Assembly (NCBI GenBank): GCA_964619725.1
Contig: CAZUFC010000208.1
Coordinates: 1-10,203, forward strand
Source: an uncultured bacterium
Lineage (GTDB): Bacteria; CSSED10-310; CAZUFC01
Length of the DNA: 10,203 nucleotides
Direction: 5' to 3'
A model generated the notes under the pieces. That model saw nothing but the letters and a program-made list of their open reading frames with translations. It had not been told where the DNA came from and did no database searches. The translations under genes and the position numbers were made by a program. Shown piece by piece: positions 7,610 to 10,203 of this stretch; positions within the stretch are counted from its first letter, which is position 1, and each line of letters opens with the position of its first letter.

Positions 7610-7792
7610 CAACCAATCACAATGAGGTCGGATGGGACATTTAATTTTCGATTTCAGAAACTATGCCGAACAAAAATCGTTTCACGCTCAAAACGATATC
7701 CCTGCGGTTACATCTTTCTGCGATGAAAAACTTCAGTTTCGCGTCCACTCAGCATTTAATGGTCAAAAAAATAATCTCCACGATAAATCATC

Positions 7793-8782
7793 TTATTTCT
7801 TCGAGTCAGTCTCGACAGGCGCAACCGTTTCATTCTCCTGTTCACCGTCCTTCTTCTGCCGGTAACCCCAGGAACCCGGAGGCCATATCGGATCGCAATC
7901 CCAACAGGCTTCCGGATATCGCTTCATCAGCTTATCGCGGTACTCCTCGTACATTTTCTTTATCGTTGCATAGTCGCCTTCCATTGCGGCGTCCATTACT
8001 TTCTTGAATTCGGCTATGTCGATGTGAAATTCGGGATATCGTTTTTTCCGAAGTTCAAGCCTCTGTAATACTTTTAAATAATAGCTTTTATAACACGCAG
8101 AGAAAATTTTATCGAAATCATAGTCATATATTCCCGATTGCTCCTTTAAAATGCAGGAATAGACGTTTCCTTTTTCAAAAACTTCATAGACCTTTTCGAC
8201 AAGATCATCTTTTCCTTTCCATTTTCTGTATTTATCCAGCGAGTCGATCTTGAAAGGTTTGTCGACGGCATCAGAAAGGTAAAACCAGATGAAAATGTCT
8301 TTATCGTAGTTTTTGTATTTTATTATTTTTTTAGGGTCATTGGATTTAAAATTATATTTTTTGCGAACTAAGTAATAACCAAAGATGCCTTCGAAATCAT
8401 TCCTTATGCTGTTCATAAATAACCTGAAAGATAAGTCCTCTTCAAAAGCGTCTAAAGGGTAACCCATACTGACAGCATAATCATTTTCAGGTAATCTGTT
8501 TAATGAATAATAAAATCTGTATTTTCTATAAAAACAAATGAAATTAATAACTTCTTTCGGCGATATGAATTGATCTTCATTTCTTTTCTTATTGTTAAGC
8601 CATTCGAAACATTTTTCAAAAAAATTCGTCATCTGTTTTGCACTTAAATCAAATTTTCGTCGGCAAATAATGCGGCTGTTTTCAAACAACTCCTGAGGAG
8701 ATATATCAATGGAAAAAGCAGCCGGAAAATAAATCGCAGAGATTAAAAACGCTATTATTGTTTTTTTAATGAATCTTTTCAT
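7793..8782 (-). CDS. Hypothetical exported protein (Sec-type signal peptide), AT-rich
   Basis: Long uninterrupted ORF. ATG at 8782 is preceded by AGGAG at 6 nt. N-terminus MKRFIKKTIIAFLISAIYFPAAFS has basic, hydrophobic and AxS regions. Overlaps the upstream stop at 8766 by 17 nt. Confidence 0.8.
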   Translation of the reverse strand: MKRFIKKTIIAFLISAIYFPAAFSIDISPQELFENSRIICRRKFDLSAKQMTNFFEKCFEWLNNKKRNEDQFISPKEVINFICFYRKYRFYYSLNRLPENDYAVSMGYPLDAFEEDLSFRLFMNSIRNDFEGIFGYYLVRKKYNFKSNDPKKIIKYKNYDKDIFIWFYLSDAVDKPFKIDSLDKYRKWKGKDDLVEKVYEVFEKGNVYSCILKEQSGIYDYDFDKIFSACYKSYYLKVLQRLELRKKRYPEFHIDIAEFKKVMDAAMEGDYATIKKMYEEYRDKLMKRYPEACWDCDPIWPPGSWGYRQKKDGEQENETVAPVETDSKK

Positions 8783-9572
8783 TTTTTGCTCCTGTTTCAT
8801 CGGTAGGTTTAATTAAAGCAAAACCTGAAAAAGGATAACATTCTACATACTCGGGCTTGATAAGGACCCTTTCAGCATCAATTATTTTTCCATCTATCTG
8901 GTCGTTAATTCTTATATTTTCTTCCTTCATACAAATCGCCGCGGCGTTGTTATGAAAGTATACCTGAGTAAATTCAGCATAATCCTCACTGGACCACTCA
9001 TGGGAATCATCGGCTCTGAAGCTCAGCATCCCATGCAGGCTCGAACCGAGCTGCATATCAGCGTAAGGCGCATCAAAAACGTAGGTAATGTTTCCGACGA
9101 AAATGAATACGATCCTGTGACTGGACCATCCCCACCAATGATGAAGATTAGTTTGAGGGTCTAAATTGATTCTTTCTTCTATTAAGGGCACGAACTTCAA
9201 GATTTCAGTATCATATATTTCGAATTTAAGCTCGGCTTGTCCGTGGGGATACAAATAAAACCAGATAGTCGTCGCCCAATCCAGAAATTCAAAATGTTGA
9301 GAAACATTGCAGTCTTCTACGAGTTCGAACAGAATACTTCCTATGCCTTTTCCTATGTACAGGTCCGCTTCGATCGTTTCATTAAAGCAAGTTCCCGTCG
9401 CTCCCGTAAAACAGGGGCTTTCCATGCCGAACCCGTCTAGTACGGTAATTCCTAGGGGATCGTTTAAAGAAGCGGTAAAGTCTTCAGATTGGCTGCCGGC
9501 GAAGAATAAAGCGCCGTTTTCGTCGGAAAGCGTCGTATCTGATTTTCCGTTCAGTAAATTGTTCATCTTCAT
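8766..9572 (-). CDS. Hypothetical protein, probably the C-terminal fragment of the disrupted surface-protein gene
   Basis: 268-aa open frame. Near its start, TTLSDENGALFF matches the TDEYG/TDENG motif of the upstream repeats. No clear Shine-Dalgarno at 9572. Confidence 0.6.
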   Translation of the reverse strand: MKMNNLLNGKSDTTLSDENGALFFAGSQSEDFTASLNDPLGITVLDGFGMESPCFTGATGTCFNETIEADLYIGKGIGSILFELVEDCNVSQHFEFLDWATTIWFYLYPHGQAELKFEIYDTEILKFVPLIEERINLDPQTNLHHWWGWSSHRIVFIFVGNITYVFDAPYADMQLGSSLHGMLSFRADDSHEWSSEDYAEFTQVYFHNNAAAICMKEENIRINDQIDGKIIDAERVLIKPEYVECYPFSGFALIKPTDETGAKNEKIH

Positions 9573-9660
9573 AACAGCCGATGTAAACCGAATACGGCTT
9601 TCGGTCTATATAAGAAAGGGTTCCGCTTATTCCTCCCGATTCCTCCAGAGCAAAGTCCAT

Positions 9661-10149
9661 TCAGGCGATCACGGTCAGCGTTGCAGGCACAGGAATCGGA
9701 GTCATTCGTTTTACGTCCTCCAGTCCCTTTTCCGCACCGTCGATTATAATTGCATATTGGCCCGATTTCAATCCGTCAGGCAGCCCATTGGCCTCATAGC
9801 GCCCGTTTTCATCCGTAACAGAGCGTCTTTCAAACATCCACGGCATTCCGGGAAACAAGATTCTGTAAATCGTTACCGTTACTCCTTCCAGCGCATTATT
9901 TTCACATTCTTCCACAGTTCCGCTGATGAGTCCGCCGGGTTGGAGATAAACCGGCGTCGGTTCAGTCATATCCGGCGCTTCGACGGTGAGCGCTTCTGCG
10001 TTGATGCTCATTATTGCGTCAGTATAATAGAATTTATTCCAGCCGGCATCACGGCCGTCGAATTCCATGTAATATTTATCATTTTCCGGATCAGAAAAAT
10101 CATAACTGCCGTATTCGTCCGTTACGGTTTCTCCTGCAGGATACCAGCT
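9661..10149 (-). CDS. Carboxypeptidase regulatory-like domain fragment (5'-truncated; ORF track 9661..10182)
   Basis: GLISGTVEECENNALEGVTVTIY...TDENGRYEANGLPDG is the typical repeat signature. The first 11 codons of the tracked ORF lie inside the repeat element. Confidence 0.65.
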   Translation of the reverse strand, partial: SWYPAGETVTDEYGSYDFSDPENDKYYMEFDGRDAGWNKFYYTDAIMSINAEALTVEAPDMTEPTPVYLQPGGLISGTVEECENNALEGVTVTIYRILFPGMPWMFERRSVTDENGRYEANGLPDGLKSGQYAIIIDGAEKGLEDVKRMTPIPVPATLTVIA

Positions 10150-10203
10150 AGTGTCTGTCCACAAACTCGAAGCCCGATTCAAAATTTAATGCTGGACAGC
10201 CAC
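10149..10203. mobile_element. Short MITE/REP-like palindromic element, copy 2 (inverted relative to copy 1)
   Basis: TA followed by GTGTCTGTCC...GGACAGCCAC (10151-10203, 53 bp). It sits in the reading frame of the surface-protein gene. Confidence 0.68.

Larger units (their letters stand above)
8766..10149 (-). pseudogene. Disrupted gene for a surface/secreted protein with carboxypeptidase-regulatory-like (Cna-B/prealbumin-like) repeats
   Basis: Repeat motifs TVTDEYGSYDF, LQPGGLISGTV and SVTDENGRYEANGL. After the TGA at 9663-9661 the same frame continues MDFALEESGGISGTL. A frameshift near 9540 then leads into DTTLSDENG. The 5' end abuts the element at 10149-10203. Confidence 0.7.

Noticed and set aside
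7466-7613. Integron attC site
   Set aside because: The hairpin is not bounded by RYYYAAC...GTTRRRY in the required order (ACCCAAC is at the 3' end) and no integrase is present.
7171-9440. ORFs 7171-7353, 7367-7594, 7632-7865, 7663-8007, 8952-9164 and 9237-9440
   Set aside because: No convincing RBS or protein motifs. They overlap the hairpin, the small RBS-led ORF or longer opposite-strand ORFs.
9661-9663. TGA recoded as Gly/Trp (code 25 or 4) or as selenocysteine
   Set aside because: mntP ends at TGA exactly at its expected C-terminus, the kinase and DUF4388 genes also end in TGA, and a nearby frameshift indicates decay.
10150-10182. TTG start for the 173-aa ORF
   Set aside because: It lies inside the repeat element, so the first 11 residues are element-derived.

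Overview
Bacterial chromosomal window (standard genetic code) bracketed by two inverted, diverged copies of a ~53-bp self-complementary element with 10-bp terminal inverted repeats (1-54 and 10149-10203). Genes in order: Mn2+ exporter mntP (+); a Hanks-type Ser/Thr kinase with a TPR-like C-terminus (-); a DUF4388-domain protein (-); a divergent archease-rtcB RNA-ligase pair (+); a ~690-bp intergenic region holding a 144-nt long hairpin (candidate ncRNA), a short 10-nt-period repeat and a small RBS-led ORF; an AT-rich secreted hypothetical protein (-); and a decayed surface-protein gene with carboxypeptidase-regulatory-like repeats (-). That last gene is broken by the terminal element, an in-frame TGA and a frameshift. 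The best leads are the hairpin element at both ends and the structured RNA candidate downstream of rtcB. All family assignments come from motif recognition by eye, not from database searches.
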